A stretch of DNA of 64,000 nucleotides from NCBI GenBank assembly GCA_965218795.1, contig OZ244653.1:2528001-2592000 (forward strand), read 5' to 3'. Position numbers and translations under genes: made by a program. Below are positions 9,751 through 20,258 of the stretch, piece after piece (position 1 is the first letter of the stretch; every line of letters begins with the position of its first letter). A model generated the notes under the pieces. That model was not told the DNA's origin, ran no database searches, and saw nothing but the letters and a program-made list of their open reading frames with translations. Source of the DNA: a bacterium (GTDB lineage Bacteria > UBA8248 > JACPRG01 > G963555815).

Positions 9751-9894
9751 GGGCAACGTATCGGAGCCTGCCCCTGCACGCATTTGGCGGGGGGTCTGCC
9801 GGCGGCGGGGCATGAGCCGCAGCCAGTTCTACGAGTACAAGTACCGCTTTCACAGACCCACGGGATGGAGGGCCTGTGTGACCTGCCCCCCTGA
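9751..9894 (+). mobile_element. Second IS481-family N-terminal fragment (frameshifted)
   Basis: GNVSE...CRRRGMSRSQFYEYKYRF / QTHGMEGLCDLPP spread across frames. Confidence 0.8.
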
Positions 9895-10143
9895 AACCGG
9901 CTATGTGGTGTGTGAATTGACTTAAAAGCGGTACAAATTTAGGAGACAGGTCACCTCGACTCGCTTGCCTTGCAGGTTGATCACCGACACGTTACTGGCC
10001 GGCTTTCGCCTCGAACGCCCGCCTTTGGCAGGAGGGATGTGGATGCTGGCTTCTTTCGACATGTCAGGCTGCCCTTTTGGGGCTTCACCCCTGCGGTGCG
10101 GAATCTGCGAAGCCATCTGCTCCAGGGGGTCGCTTCTTACGGG

Positions 10144-11121
10144 TCACCCTTTCTTGCCGGTCCGCAGTTGGTCCGCAATGACTGCGAAGACGATGATGGC
10201 GCCGATGACGACCATCTGGAGATAAGATGATACATTGATGAGATCCAACCCGTTGGATATGAGAGCCAGTGTGATCACTCCAAGGCAGACCCCCAAAACC
10301 GTGCCTTTGCCGCCTGTGAGTGCTACACCTCCTACGACAACGGCGGCGATGGATTCCAAGCCCAAGCCCGCTCCCGTCATGGGCTCACCCGAGCCTATCC
10401 GCGACGTGATCGTCACGCCGGCGATCCCCGTCAAGGTGCCGCAAATGACATAGGACAACAGGCGATAGCCCGTTACGTTGACCCCTGAAAGTCTTGCCGC
10501 TTCCGCGTTCCCGCCGATTGCATAAAAGTACCTGCCAAAGAAAAATTTTCTGAGGAGGAGATAGGTCAAAAGGAATGCAAACGCGGCGATCAGTGTGGGG
10601 ATAGGAAAGGGTCCGATATACCGGGTCCCCATGTAAAGAAAGGATTTCGGGAGCCCGAAGATAGGTTGTCCATTTGTGATGAAGAGGCCGGCGCCGCGTG
10701 CGGCGGACATCATCGCAAGTGTTGCGACGAAAGGGGACACACGAAAGATGGAAACGACGGTGCCGTTGATCAGTCCCACCAACGCCCCGCAGAGAATCCC
10801 GGCGAGAAAACCAACGGCTGTGCCGAATTCCAACGTCACAATGGATGTAATGACGCTGACCAGCCCAACGTTGGCGCCCACGGAGATGTCGAATCCGCCA
10901 CCGAGCATCGGGAACATCTGGGCGCATGCCACGATGGCCAGGAAAGCTCCCTGGCGGCTCACGTTCTGTAGATTCGTGAACGTGGCGAATCTGGGTTGAA
11001 GAAACGCAAAAAGGAAGAACAGAAGTATGATGAATAAGGGCAAGTAGCCGACATCGCCGAAGGAAAAGAACCGTTTGCTTCGGTCCAAGAAACCCGGTTT
11101 GACCTCCGGGTGGACAGTCAC
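10144..11121 (-). CDS. Sugar-type ABC transporter permease (RbsC-like)
   Basis: GGFDISVG, PFVATL, GGNAEAARLSG and IAAVVVGG motifs; GTGA overlap with the ATPase stop. Confidence 0.93.
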   Translation of the reverse strand: MTVHPEVKPGFLDRSKRFFSFGDVGYLPLFIILLFFLFAFLQPRFATFTNLQNVSRQGAFLAIVACAQMFPMLGGGFDISVGANVGLVSVITSIVTLEFGTAVGFLAGILCGALVGLINGTVVSIFRVSPFVATLAMMSAARGAGLFITNGQPIFGLPKSFLYMGTRYIGPFPIPTLIAAFAFLLTYLLLRKFFFGRYFYAIGGNAEAARLSGVNVTGYRLLSYVICGTLTGIAGVTITSRIGSGEPMTGAGLGLESIAAVVVGGVALTGGKGTVLGVCLGVITLALISNGLDLINVSSYLQMVVIGAIIVFAVIADQLRTGKKG

Positions 11122-12656
11122 GAGGCCGCCTCCCTCATTGGGTCGAGCCCGTGGCCGAAGGCCAGGTTCAAAATACGCCTTTGCGTGGCCTCTTCCCGTG
11201 TCAATTCCCCTGCGATGCTCCCCGCATAGAAGACCAGAATCCGGTCGGCGATAGCGAGGCATTCCGGAATCTCCGAAGAGATGAGGATGATGCCGGCCCC
11301 CTGCTGGACCAGTTCCGCAACGAATTGGTAGATTTCAGCCTTCGCGCCGATGTCGATGCCGGCCGTAGGCTGATCGAAAATGAAACACTTCGCCTGCGTA
11401 GACAGTATCTTGGCCAGAACGACCTTTTGCTGGTTTCCACCACTCAGGTTTTGAACAACCGTGTTCACAGTGGGCGCCTTGATATTCAAGCGGTGTCTGA
11501 AGTCCTCGGATATTCGTTCTTCCTCCTTATCACGGAGCCAAAAGAACCGACTCAGGCGGCGGAGGATGGAAAGGGAAATGTTCTGCCTGACGGTTAAAAT
11601 ATTGATGACCCCCTCTCGTTTTCTGTCTGATGGGATGTAGCCCAAGCCCAGACGAATTCCTCTCCGGGGGGAGCCGATCTCCACCGGTTGACCCCGTAAC
11701 CTGAGCGTTCCCTTTTCCACGGGTTCAATTCCGAAAAGCGCACGGCCCAATTCCGTCGTTCCCGAGCCCACCAGTCCCGTGAGACAAACGATCTCCCCTT
11801 CGTGCACATCGAGACTGACATCTCGAAAGAATTTTTCGCGGCTTAGATCCCTGACTTCCAACAGGGGTTTTCCAATGGGAACCTTGATCTTTGGAAACTT
11901 ATCTTTGATATCCCGACCGACCATCATTCGAATGATTTCCGTCAGCTCGACATCGGCTATCGGCATTGTCGAGATGGTCTTCCCGTCCCGGAGAACCGTT
12001 ATCCTGTCGCCTATCTCCTTTGCCTCCTCCAGGCGGTGTGAGATATAGATAACCGAAACACCGCTCGCTTTGAGACGCCGAATCAATCCAAAAAGGATCT
12101 TAACTTCACGGTCCGTCAATGCTGAGGTGGGTTCATCCAGGATCAGAATGCGGACGTCGTTGACCAGCGCCTTGGCGATGGCCACCATTTGCTGCTCGCC
12201 GATGAGAAGGTTCTGCACAAGCGCGTTCGGGTCGAGGGGGTACTCAAGCCTTTCCAGCACCTCGCGGGTTCTGGCCAACTGGGTGGATTTCGCGGTCACA
12301 AGGGGAAGGGTCGCCAGCCCTCGTTCCCGGCCGAGAAATACGTTCTCCACAACCGTAAGTTGGGGGACTAGGGGAAGCTCTTGGTAGATTGTGAAGATGC
12401 CGAGATTCTGGGCGTGACGGGGATCTCTAATTTTAACGGGCTTTTCGCCAATGAAGAGCGTTCCCTCATCCGGACGGTGTGCACCCGACAAGACCTTAAT
12501 CAACGTGGACTTGCCGGCGCCGTTTTCGCCGACAAGGACATGCACCTCACCTCTGCGAAGATCGAAGGAGATGTGTCGAAGCGCCACGACGCCCGGAAAA
12601 CGCTTCGTGATCTTCTCCGCTCTCAACTGGGCGGGAAGAGGTTCGGAATTGACCAT
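11118..12656 (-). CDS. Sugar ABC transporter ATP-binding protein (two NBDs, RbsA-like)
   Basis: GENGAGKST, LILDEPT, DRKREG and LSGGNQQKV motifs. Confidence 0.95.
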   Translation of the reverse strand: MVNSEPLPAQLRAEKITKRFPGVVALRHISFDLRRGEVHVLVGENGAGKSTLIKVLSGAHRPDEGTLFIGEKPVKIRDPRHAQNLGIFTIYQELPLVPQLTVVENVFLGRERGLATLPLVTAKSTQLARTREVLERLEYPLDPNALVQNLLIGEQQMVAIAKALVNDVRILILDEPTSALTDREVKILFGLIRRLKASGVSVIYISHRLEEAKEIGDRITVLRDGKTISTMPIADVELTEIIRMMVGRDIKDKFPKIKVPIGKPLLEVRDLSREKFFRDVSLDVHEGEIVCLTGLVGSGTTELGRALFGIEPVEKGTLRLRGQPVEIGSPRRGIRLGLGYIPSDRKREGVINILTVRQNISLSILRRLSRFFWLRDKEEERISEDFRHRLNIKAPTVNTVVQNLSGGNQQKVVLAKILSTQAKCFIFDQPTAGIDIGAKAEIYQFVAELVQQGAGIILISSEIPECLAIADRILVFYAGSIAGELTREEATQRRILNLAFGHGLDPMREAAS

Positions 12657-12681
12657 TCGGCGCAGAATCCAGGACGTGTTT

Positions 12682-13749
12682 TCAGCGAAGTGGAACTCGC
12701 CAGTTCTTCGGTGGAAATTCGTTCTCTAAATCCAGGTTCTTCAGGGTCTCCGGCGTAAAACCCTCCATCGACGCATAGATGAGTCTCGGAACGTTTTTCT
12801 CACCGTTCAGAATATGGACCCCCATCCTGACGACCGCCCGCCCCGTGAGGATCATGTGCTTTGCGATGGCATAGTGAACCTGCCCCTCTCGCATAAAGGG
12901 AACAAGGGCCTGATCAAGGCTGGAGGCGGCTATCTTGACTTTCCCCTCGCGTCCCGCCGCTCGGATGGCGTCCGCGGCGCCCGCCGTGTCGGGGAACGCC
13001 ACTCCGATCACATAGTCGATCTTGGGAAACGTCTGGAGAAGGTTTTCCATGATTTTGGTTTGAACCGAGCGGTCTTCATCCGCCCAGCGCTCAGCCAAGA
13101 TCTTGACGTTGGGATGTTGTTTCAAAACGTCGCGGGAACCACGGGAACGGTCAATCGTCCACGTGGCGCCGGCGGGTCCGCTCAGCATAGCGACATTGGC
13201 GGGTTTTCCGGCGGCATCTTTCACAATCCACTCCGCGATAATCCTCCCCATCTTGTAGTCCTCAGACAGAACGGTGGTCGTCCATGACTTCGTGTCACTG
13301 GTCTGGCCAAGATTGACGACAGGTGTCCCCTTCTTTACGACTTCGTCCGTTACAGCGACGTTCCCCTTAAAGCTGATAGGACCGGAAATAATCAGATCCA
13401 CTCCCATCTGGTGGAGGTTTTCCATCTGAGCGATTTGTTTGCTGAGGTAGGGGTAACCTCCGGCAGTCAGGATGGAGACCTTGAGTCCAAGCTCCTCCGC
13501 CTCTTTGACAAGGCCATACGCCTGATCCACCCAATACGGGTCTTTCAGGTGAGGAAAGGAAACGCCGATGTGGTATGCCTTCTTGGGTGTTGGCCGGGTG
13601 ACTTGATAAGGGAACCTTTTGCCGCTGTCGTCTACGCCCTCCCATGCAAACTCCCCGCCGGTCTTGGTTTGTCCTTGCGCGACTCCCGCAACGACAGGAA
13701 ACAGGGCAAAAAGCGACGCGAATATGACCCAAAAGATTTTCCGTCCCAT
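12682..13749 (-). CDS. Periplasmic binding protein type 1, TorT-like
   Basis: Signal peptide MGRKIFWVIFASLF...AQG. FPHLKDPYW...AGGY...Q segment resembles TorT; GPAGATW. Confidence 0.85.
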   Translation of the reverse strand: MGRKIFWVIFASLFALFPVVAGVAQGQTKTGGEFAWEGVDDSGKRFPYQVTRPTPKKAYHIGVSFPHLKDPYWVDQAYGLVKEAEELGLKVSILTAGGYPYLSKQIAQMENLHQMGVDLIISGPISFKGNVAVTDEVVKKGTPVVNLGQTSDTKSWTTTVLSEDYKMGRIIAEWIVKDAAGKPANVAMLSGPAGATWTIDRSRGSRDVLKQHPNVKILAERWADEDRSVQTKIMENLLQTFPKIDYVIGVAFPDTAGAADAIRAAGREGKVKIAASSLDQALVPFMREGQVHYAIAKHMILTGRAVVRMGVHILNGEKNVPRLIYASMEGFTPETLKNLDLENEFPPKNWRVPLR

Positions 13750-13908
13750 CTTGCACCCCCTTGATGGTTGCCTGGATGGACCAGGGATTTCTCCGATATT
13801 CCCCATGTAGATATCCGGACGACTCGAATGTTTCTTGACCTAGAATCGCCCACACAGATTTTATGGGCTGAGAGCCTGCTCCAAGTCCTCTCATTTCGGA
13901 ATCATGTA

Positions 13909-13938
13909 ACGCTAGCAGAAGAGTCTCAAATCTGTCAA
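13909..13938 (-). promoter_or_regulatory. Candidate sigma70 promoter for the ABC operon
   Basis: TTGACA-N18-TAGCGT on the minus strand, with an A-rich tract upstream. Confidence 0.45.
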
Positions 13939-14149
13939 ATGTTTTTTCTTTAATGTTTTTTCTTTGAGGTCTGTGAACGACAACTCCCTCTCCCGGTCGG
14001 CCTCTAAGTGACTCCTTCAACGGCTCATTGGGCAGGCGCCGCGGCTGTCGCTGAGGAGTACGCGCGCTCCCAATAATCCCCCCAGGGGGAGTCCCGGGCG
14101 CCTTTCAAATAGCGCCCTCCGTTAGGCCGTGTCCACGCATCGGGCCTCA

Positions 14150-14781
14150 GACCGGAGCGAACTGGAAGACGATTTCCGACCGGGAAACGCGATTGAGAAC
14201 ATCCCAAAAATCCGACGTTCGACGGAAAGGCCTCGAGGGGAAGGCTCTCATCCCGGGGAGGATCGTGTCTCAGTCCAAGCAAGTTGGGATCCGCCGACTG
14301 AGGTGGCCGATTCGCAGACCTGTTACGGCAGGAATACGGCTGCCAATTCCTTCGCGTGCGTCGCCGTCGTTATCGAGGTGGATACGGAAACTGGAGGGGT
14401 CCGGCTGGTAGAGATTGTCGTGGCCGACGACCTCGGCCGAGCCATCAATCCGCTCACTTTCGAGGGCCAAATCCACGGAAAAATCACTCAGGGACTCGGC
14501 TTGGCCCTATTCAAGCATCCCGCGCTGGATAGCGGGCAGTTTGTCAATGGTTACTTGGCAGATTACACCGTGCCAAAGGCGGAGGGGCTGCCGAATTTCA
14601 CCTCCATCCTTGTGGAGTCCAACGACCGAACGGCTCCATCGGCGCGAAAGGCTGCTCCGAATGCGCCTTGAACGCTTGCGGTGTTGTGATTGCCAACGCC
14701 GTCTACGATGCTGTCGGCCTCCGTTTGAAGGACCTGCCTGTTACACCCCAGAAAATCCTGAAGGGACTTCGAGAGAAATAG
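14150..14781 (+). pseudogene. C-terminal remnant of an XDH-family Mo-binding subunit
   Basis: WDPP, IEVDTETG and DDLGRAINPLTFEGQIHG, then a frameshift near 14630 into GAKGCSE and IANAVYDAVGLRLKDLPVTP. No N-terminal part. Confidence 0.88.
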
Positions 14782-14841
14782 GGGCGACGCAGAGGAGACG
14801 GGTTGGATGCATGGAACCGCAGAAAGGTCCCGGGTGAACAC

Positions 14842-15591
14842 TCAGGTCTCCCTGGCCTTCCGAGCCTTGGCGTACTCGTCATCGCCTTCCGTCCAGATGT
14901 TGATTAGCTCGTCGCTCTTCAAGACCCGGGCGAAACCCCGCCGCAAAGTGCGGATGGTGGACTCGTGGGCGTAGGGGTTGTCAGAAGAGACGCAGTCCTC
15001 GACAAACACGACGTGGTATTGCTTGAAGTATGCGGTGCGCGCCGTGGACTCACAGCAGAAGTTGGTCACCGTTCCGCAGACGACGCAGGTCTTCGTTCCG
15101 TGGTCGCGCAAGACATAGTCCAGATCGGTCCCGGCAAACGCGTCGTAGTTGTGCTTGCTGTCGATGATGCGCTCCCCCGCCTGTGGGGAGATTTCCGGAT
15201 AAATTTGAATTCCCTCGGAACCCTCAATCAGGGCGCCATCGCGGTGCGCATCCGAGAACTCGCGGAAATCGGCATAGCAGTCGGCGTTGAAGGTGATGGC
15301 GGTGTAGATGACCGGGACGCCAAGCCGGCGAGCGGCCTCGATCAACCTCTTGTTTCGGGGGATCTGCCGCAGGGCCTCGGGAATCCAGATGGGCGAGTTC
15401 GGGACGATGAAGTCGTTTTGGAGGTCCACCACAATGAGGGCGCACTCTTCCTTCAGGATCTCGAAAGCGTGATGCCGGTCGGTGTTGTAGTCTCCGTGCA
15501 AATTTTCGATGAGCTCCTTTTCTCCTTCGAAAAGCTCATCCGGCGTTCTGCCGAAGGTCTTCAGAAAGTCATTCACGACGTTTCCGCTCAT
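14842..15591 (-). CDS. Isochorismatase / cysteine hydrolase family protein (RutB-like)
   Basis: Triad context VVDLQNDF, SKHNYDAF and TNFCCESTAR; GGAGG RBS. Confidence 0.9.
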   Translation of the reverse strand: MSGNVVNDFLKTFGRTPDELFEGEKELIENLHGDYNTDRHHAFEILKEECALIVVDLQNDFIVPNSPIWIPEALRQIPRNKRLIEAARRLGVPVIYTAITFNADCYADFREFSDAHRDGALIEGSEGIQIYPEISPQAGERIIDSKHNYDAFAGTDLDYVLRDHGTKTCVVCGTVTNFCCESTARTAYFKQYHVVFVEDCVSSDNPYAHESTIRTLRRGFARVLKSDELINIWTEGDDEYAKARKARET

Positions 15592-15795
15592 CTGTGCCGA
15601 CCTCCTTATCAGGTTCGAAGCCTAGCTGCCTTCCTTGCCGCTGGTGCATGGAGTGGAGACGGGTAGATTACCCCACCTCCGGGTCAACCGCCGGACAGGG
15701 ATGTTGGAATGTGAGACCTGACCCTATCCGTGCGCAGGAACACAAATCGAAGATAGAAGGTCTGGTAAAACTTCGTAGATCATGGAAAGGAGGTC

Positions 15796-16488
15796 TCATA
15801 CCCCCAGGTATCTGGACTGAATGTCCTCCCGCTGCTTCAGCTGATTAGGCGGACCTTCAAATACAACCGATCCCTTGCTCAGGACATAGGCATAGTCGGC
15901 CACCTCGAGGGCCAGGGACAAGTCCTGCTCTACAAGCAGAATGGATTGCTTCTCCTTTTTCAGTCTTATGAGGGCTTGGGCGACTTGTTCCACGAGAAGG
16001 GGTGCCAATCCTTCGGTTGGTTCATCCATGAGGAGCAAATCAGGGTTGGTCATCAACGCGCGCGCAATGGACAGCATGGACTGCTCCCCGCCGGATAAGG
16101 TTTTGGCCCTCTGGCGCTTTCGCTCCAACAATCGAGGGAACAGCTCATAGACCCTGCCCAAGTCCCAGTCCCCGCCGCCGCGTTCCATGCCCAGGGTCAG
16201 ATTTTCGAGGACGGTGAGGGAGCCGAAGATCCGCCGCCCTTGGGGGACAATGCTAATACCCTGCTTGGCAATCTCATATGCGGGCCTGCCGGAAATGTCT
16301 TTACCCTTGTAGAAGATTGTTCCTCGGCGGGGGCGCGCGAATCCGACGATGGAACGAATCGTAGTGGTCTTTCCCGCCCCGTTTCTTCCCAATAGTGTAA
16401 CGACCTGTTCCGCGGCCACAGCCAGAGACACCCCCTGAAGCACGTAGCTATCGCCGTAATAGGTGTGAATGTCCCGGACTTCAAGCAT
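15796..16488 (-). CDS. livF: Branched-chain amino acid-type ABC ATPase (LivF-like)
   Basis: GRNGAGKTT, LSGGEQ, MDEPTEGLAP and LVEQ motifs. Confidence 0.92.
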   Translation of the reverse strand: MLEVRDIHTYYGDSYVLQGVSLAVAAEQVVTLLGRNGAGKTTTIRSIVGFARPRRGTIFYKGKDISGRPAYEIAKQGISIVPQGRRIFGSLTVLENLTLGMERGGGDWDLGRVYELFPRLLERKRQRAKTLSGGEQSMLSIARALMTNPDLLLMDEPTEGLAPLLVEQVAQALIRLKKEKQSILLVEQDLSLALEVADYAYVLSKGSVVFEGPPNQLKQREDIQSRYLGV

Positions 16489-16493
16489 TCGCG

Positions 16494-18293
16494 TTACCTC
16501 GCTTGGCGACCCAGGTAGATTCTCCGGACTTCCGGATTGATTCGGATTTCTTCCGTGGTTCCTTCCGCCAGTTTTTCCCCGTGGTGAAAGACCAGAATCT
16601 TCTCGGCGACCTGGAAGGCTACATCCATGTCGTGCTCGATGATGAGGACGGTAATCTCCCGGTGCAGGGAACGGATCATCTCGACAATCGGGCCGACCTC
16701 GGCAGCGGAGAGCCCCGCGGTCGGTTCGTCGAGCAGGAGGACCTTTGGTTCGAGCGCCAGCGCCATGACCACTTCGAGTTGACGCTGGTGGCCATAAGAG
16801 AGGTGCCGGACCTCGACCTCGCGTGCGTTCCAAAGTCCAATTTGCTCCAACCAAACCCGGGCTTCCTGATTGACTACGTCAAGACGGTGCACCGCTCTGT
16901 GCATCCTGAACTTGATTCCTTTGAAGCTGATAAGGGACAGTCGCAAGTTGTCCAGCACCGTAAGGGTGGGAAACAGGTTCGTAATCTGATACGTTCGGCC
17001 CAGGCCCAAGCCGGCGCGCTGGTACGCCGGGAGCCGGGTGATGTCTCGTCCAAAAAGCAGAATCCGTCCTCCCGTTGGCCGCAGCGAGCCACTGATGAGA
17101 TGAAACAGTGTTGTCTTACCCGCGCCGTTGGGCCCCAGAATCCCAACCCGTTCGCCCGCGCGGACTTCCAGTGAGGCGTCCTTGACGGCCGATAGTCCCC
17201 CGAAGTTTTTCGAGATATCCTCAAGCTGGAGAACTGAATTCCCCTCTGTCGTTCTCCCATTGGACCCCTGGAGTTTTGGGGCGATTGGGTCAGGTTGAAT
17301 CAGTTGGGTGATTCCCTCGGCAGATTCGATCGGAATATCCAACGCCGGCAAATCGTTTCCTGTAGACTTCCGGCGTCTGGCACTGATCCAGCCCATGATG
17401 CCGTCGGGGGCGTATAGCACGGTGAAGATAAAGATAGCCCCTAAGACAATCAGCCAACGCTCGATGTAGATGCTCAGGAAATTCCGGAGGGCGACTATCA
17501 CTACGGCCCCGATGATAGGTCCAACCAGCGTCCCGGTTCCCCCCAGGATGACCATCAGGATCGCCTCGGCTGAGAGCGCAAGGGAAAGGTCCAGTGGGCT
17601 CACGAATCCATTGTAATAGGCGCTCATGACCCCTGCGCATCCGGCGAAGAGGCCGCAAACCACGAAGGCGATATATTTATGGAGCCATACGTTATACCCC
17701 AGCACCCGCATCCTCGATTCACTATCGCGAAGCCCTTGAAGGGATAGTCCAAATGGAGAGCGGACAAGGAGATACATAGGCACCGCCGCAACGAAGAACA
17801 GAACCAGGGCCAGGTAATAAAAACTGAGTGTGGTGCTAACGGCGGCGAAGGGCCGGGGGATGTCAGGCAAGCCGTTATAACCGCCGGTGAACGAGCCCCA
17901 ACGGTTGGCGACGCCCCAGAGGATCTCACCCAAAGCCAGCGTGATGAGCATGAAGTAAAGGCCGATCGTTCTTAACGCGACAAGCCCGAAAAGGGCGCCT
18001 GTCAGGGTACACAGGGCCAGGGCGATTGGGACCGCCCCCCACCATGGGAAGCCGCCTCGCACGGCAAGCAATCCTGCCGTGTAGGCCGCGACACCGAAGA
18101 AGGCCGCATGACCCAGAGAAGGCAGTCCGGCATACCCCATCAGGATGTCCAGGCTCATGGCAAAGATGGAGAAAATAACCATCAGGACCAGGATGTGGAC
18201 GTAGAAAGAGGGCAGCCACGGGGGGAGAACGACGGTGGCCACCAACAATCCGAAGGTGACGCCCATCCGCTTCTTGTCCCAGAGTGCGCGCAT
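16494..18293 (-). CDS. Fused LivM permease / LivG ATPase
   Basis: N-terminal GYAGLPSLGHAAFFG and ILGG.G; C-terminal GPNGAGKTT, LSYG, LLDEPTAGL and IIEHDM. Confidence 0.92.
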   Translation of the reverse strand: MRALWDKKRMGVTFGLLVATVVLPPWLPSFYVHILVLMVIFSIFAMSLDILMGYAGLPSLGHAAFFGVAAYTAGLLAVRGGFPWWGAVPIALALCTLTGALFGLVALRTIGLYFMLITLALGEILWGVANRWGSFTGGYNGLPDIPRPFAAVSTTLSFYYLALVLFFVAAVPMYLLVRSPFGLSLQGLRDSESRMRVLGYNVWLHKYIAFVVCGLFAGCAGVMSAYYNGFVSPLDLSLALSAEAILMVILGGTGTLVGPIIGAVVIVALRNFLSIYIERWLIVLGAIFIFTVLYAPDGIMGWISARRRKSTGNDLPALDIPIESAEGITQLIQPDPIAPKLQGSNGRTTEGNSVLQLEDISKNFGGLSAVKDASLEVRAGERVGILGPNGAGKTTLFHLISGSLRPTGGRILLFGRDITRLPAYQRAGLGLGRTYQITNLFPTLTVLDNLRLSLISFKGIKFRMHRAVHRLDVVNQEARVWLEQIGLWNAREVEVRHLSYGHQRQLEVVMALALEPKVLLLDEPTAGLSAAEVGPIVEMIRSLHREITVLIIEHDMDVAFQVAEKILVFHHGEKLAEGTTEEIRINPEVRRIYLGRQAR

Positions 18294-18297
18294 GGCC

Positions 18298-19152
18298 TCA
18301 TTCCCTCCCCAGCAGGCCAGTCGGCCGCAAGGCGAGGATGAGGATCATGGGGGCGAAGAGGGTGAAATAAGAAAGCTCCGGGAAGAGGGCCTTCCCTAGG
18401 GAGTCGATAATCCCGACGAACAGGCTGCCCAGCACCGCCCCCCCCAGGCTCCCCAGGCCTCCGATGATGACGACCACCAGCGCCAGGGGCAGGACTTCGA
18501 AGTCCACCCCGGGGTAGGCCCCGATGTAGGCCGCGCCCACGGCCCCGCCCAGTCCCGCCAGGAACGCCGAGAAACCGAACATCAGGAAAAACAGCAGGCG
18601 GGTGTTGATCTTCATGGCGCGGGCCATCTCTTCATCGTCCACACACGCCCGGACGAAGGCCCCCACGCGCGTCTTTTCCTGAAAGAACCAAAGAAGAACG
18701 GCGACGGCGGCGCTGACGGCTATTACGAACAGCCTGTATTTCGGATAGTAGATGGGGCCGATTCGGGCGGCGCCTTGCAGCCATTGGGGAGAGGCCATGA
18801 CCATGGGCTCCCCACCCCAGATGACCAGCGACGCATCGGCGATGACGAAGGCGAGCCCCATCGTCAGAAGGACCTGCGGGAGGTCCTTCAGGTGAAACCG
18901 CTTGAGGAGGAACTCCTCGGTCAGACTTCCAATAACCATGACGGTCAGCGCCCCCAAAACCACTGCGAGCAAATAGCTTCCCGTCCATTTCACAACAGAA
19001 AGGGCCACATAAGCGCCCAGCATATAGAAGGAGCCATGTGCGATGTTGATGATCTTCATGAGACCGAAGGCGAGGGTGAACCCGCTCGACAGAAGAAAGA
19101 GGAGCGCCCCGAAGGCCAACCCGTTGAGCAGGTGCAGGCCCCAATACGTCAT
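18298..19152 (-). CDS. livH: Branched-chain amino acid-type ABC permease (LivH-like)
   Basis: NGL...GFTLAFG...INIAHG, IGGLGS and RPTGLLG motifs. Confidence 0.92.
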   Translation of the reverse strand: MTYWGLHLLNGLAFGALLFLLSSGFTLAFGLMKIINIAHGSFYMLGAYVALSVVKWTGSYLLAVVLGALTVMVIGSLTEEFLLKRFHLKDLPQVLLTMGLAFVIADASLVIWGGEPMVMASPQWLQGAARIGPIYYPKYRLFVIAVSAAVAVLLWFFQEKTRVGAFVRACVDDEEMARAMKINTRLLFFLMFGFSAFLAGLGGAVGAAYIGAYPGVDFEVLPLALVVVIIGGLGSLGGAVLGSLFVGIIDSLGKALFPELSYFTLFAPMILILALRPTGLLGRE

Positions 19153-19384
19153 TTGCGTCGAGCCGCTCCTCTCTTCGACAATCGGACTGAAGGCGCAACG
19201 ATTTGGAACAGTAAGATGGCGGAACAGTCGATTTCAGAAGGCCGCCCTGTCATGCGCCGTGCTCCGTCTCTCGGGATCGGTTCCTTCCTCCGACGGCTTT
19301 GCTCCCCTGGAGGAATCGGGGTGATAGGTTCTTTCGGGAGTGAGCGGCGGTCATTGGACCTGCAAAAAGTCCCATCCCGCCGCC

Positions 19385-20143
19385 TCAATTCATATGGCTG
19401 CCCCCTTCGACCAAGAGGGTCTGGCCTGCGATGAAGTCGGACCCATTCGACAGGAAAAACAGGACGGCTCCCACCAAATCTTCTGGATATTGCCCCCTCG
19501 AGATAGCGCGCATGCCTAGCAACGGCGCTTCTTCTTCATCAAAAAGTTCACCCCGAACTTCAGCCATGCTATCGCTCCTCGTCAGGCCGGGACCGATGGC
19601 GTTGACGCAGATGCCGTCCTTGCCCATGGATCTGGCCAATACACGGGTGAGGGTGATCACCGCCCCTTTAGACACGACATAGTGTGGAATGTCCGTATAC
19701 CCCAAGAAGGGAGTCACCGATGCGATGTTGACAATTTTTCCTGAGCCTTGGGCTTTCATGTAAGGGTACACCGCCCTCGAAGCCAGCCAGACACCTTTCA
19801 CGTTCACGGCCATCACCGCGTCCCACTGTTCTGTCGTGACTTGATCGATTGGGCAGTATCGGACGTTTGCACATATGGCGGCATTGTTGACCAATCCGTC
19901 GATCCGGCCAAATTCCTCGTAGCCGGTTCTGGCCAACGCTTCCATGGATCTTTCATCGGTTACATCGGATTGAATATATATCGCCTCTCCTCCGGCACTG
20001 CGGATGTCAGCGACGGCATCTTCTCCGCCCAGAATGTCAGCGACGACAACTTTACCGCCCTCTTTGGCGATATTCCGGGCATAGACCCTCCCGATGCCCC
20101 GCGCCGCCCCAGTGACGATAACGACCTTCTTCTCAAGTCGCAT
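19385..20143 (-). CDS. SDR family oxidoreductase
   Basis: TGAARGIG, NNA, YVVSK and NAIGPG motifs. Confidence 0.93.
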   Translation of the reverse strand: MRLEKKVVIVTGAARGIGRVYARNIAKEGGKVVVADILGGEDAVADIRSAGGEAIYIQSDVTDERSMEALARTGYEEFGRIDGLVNNAAICANVRYCPIDQVTTEQWDAVMAVNVKGVWLASRAVYPYMKAQGSGKIVNIASVTPFLGYTDIPHYVVSKGAVITLTRVLARSMGKDGICVNAIGPGLTRSDSMAEVRGELFDEEEAPLLGMRAISRGQYPEDLVGAVLFFLSNGSDFIAGQTLLVEGGSHMN

Positions 20144-20258
20144 GGTATCGTCCTCTCATGAGCCGAAATTGTCCCTTGGGCTTCCGGCGACCGTCAATTC
20201 CGCCGGGAGCCTTCGAAGAGCCATGGACCTTCTCACCGGATTGGAAAGCCCCTCCTGT

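Noticed and set aside
11360-11390. Walker B DQPT instead of DEPT in the second NBD of the sugar ATPase
   Set aside because: Degenerate second sites are common in this family; not informative alone.
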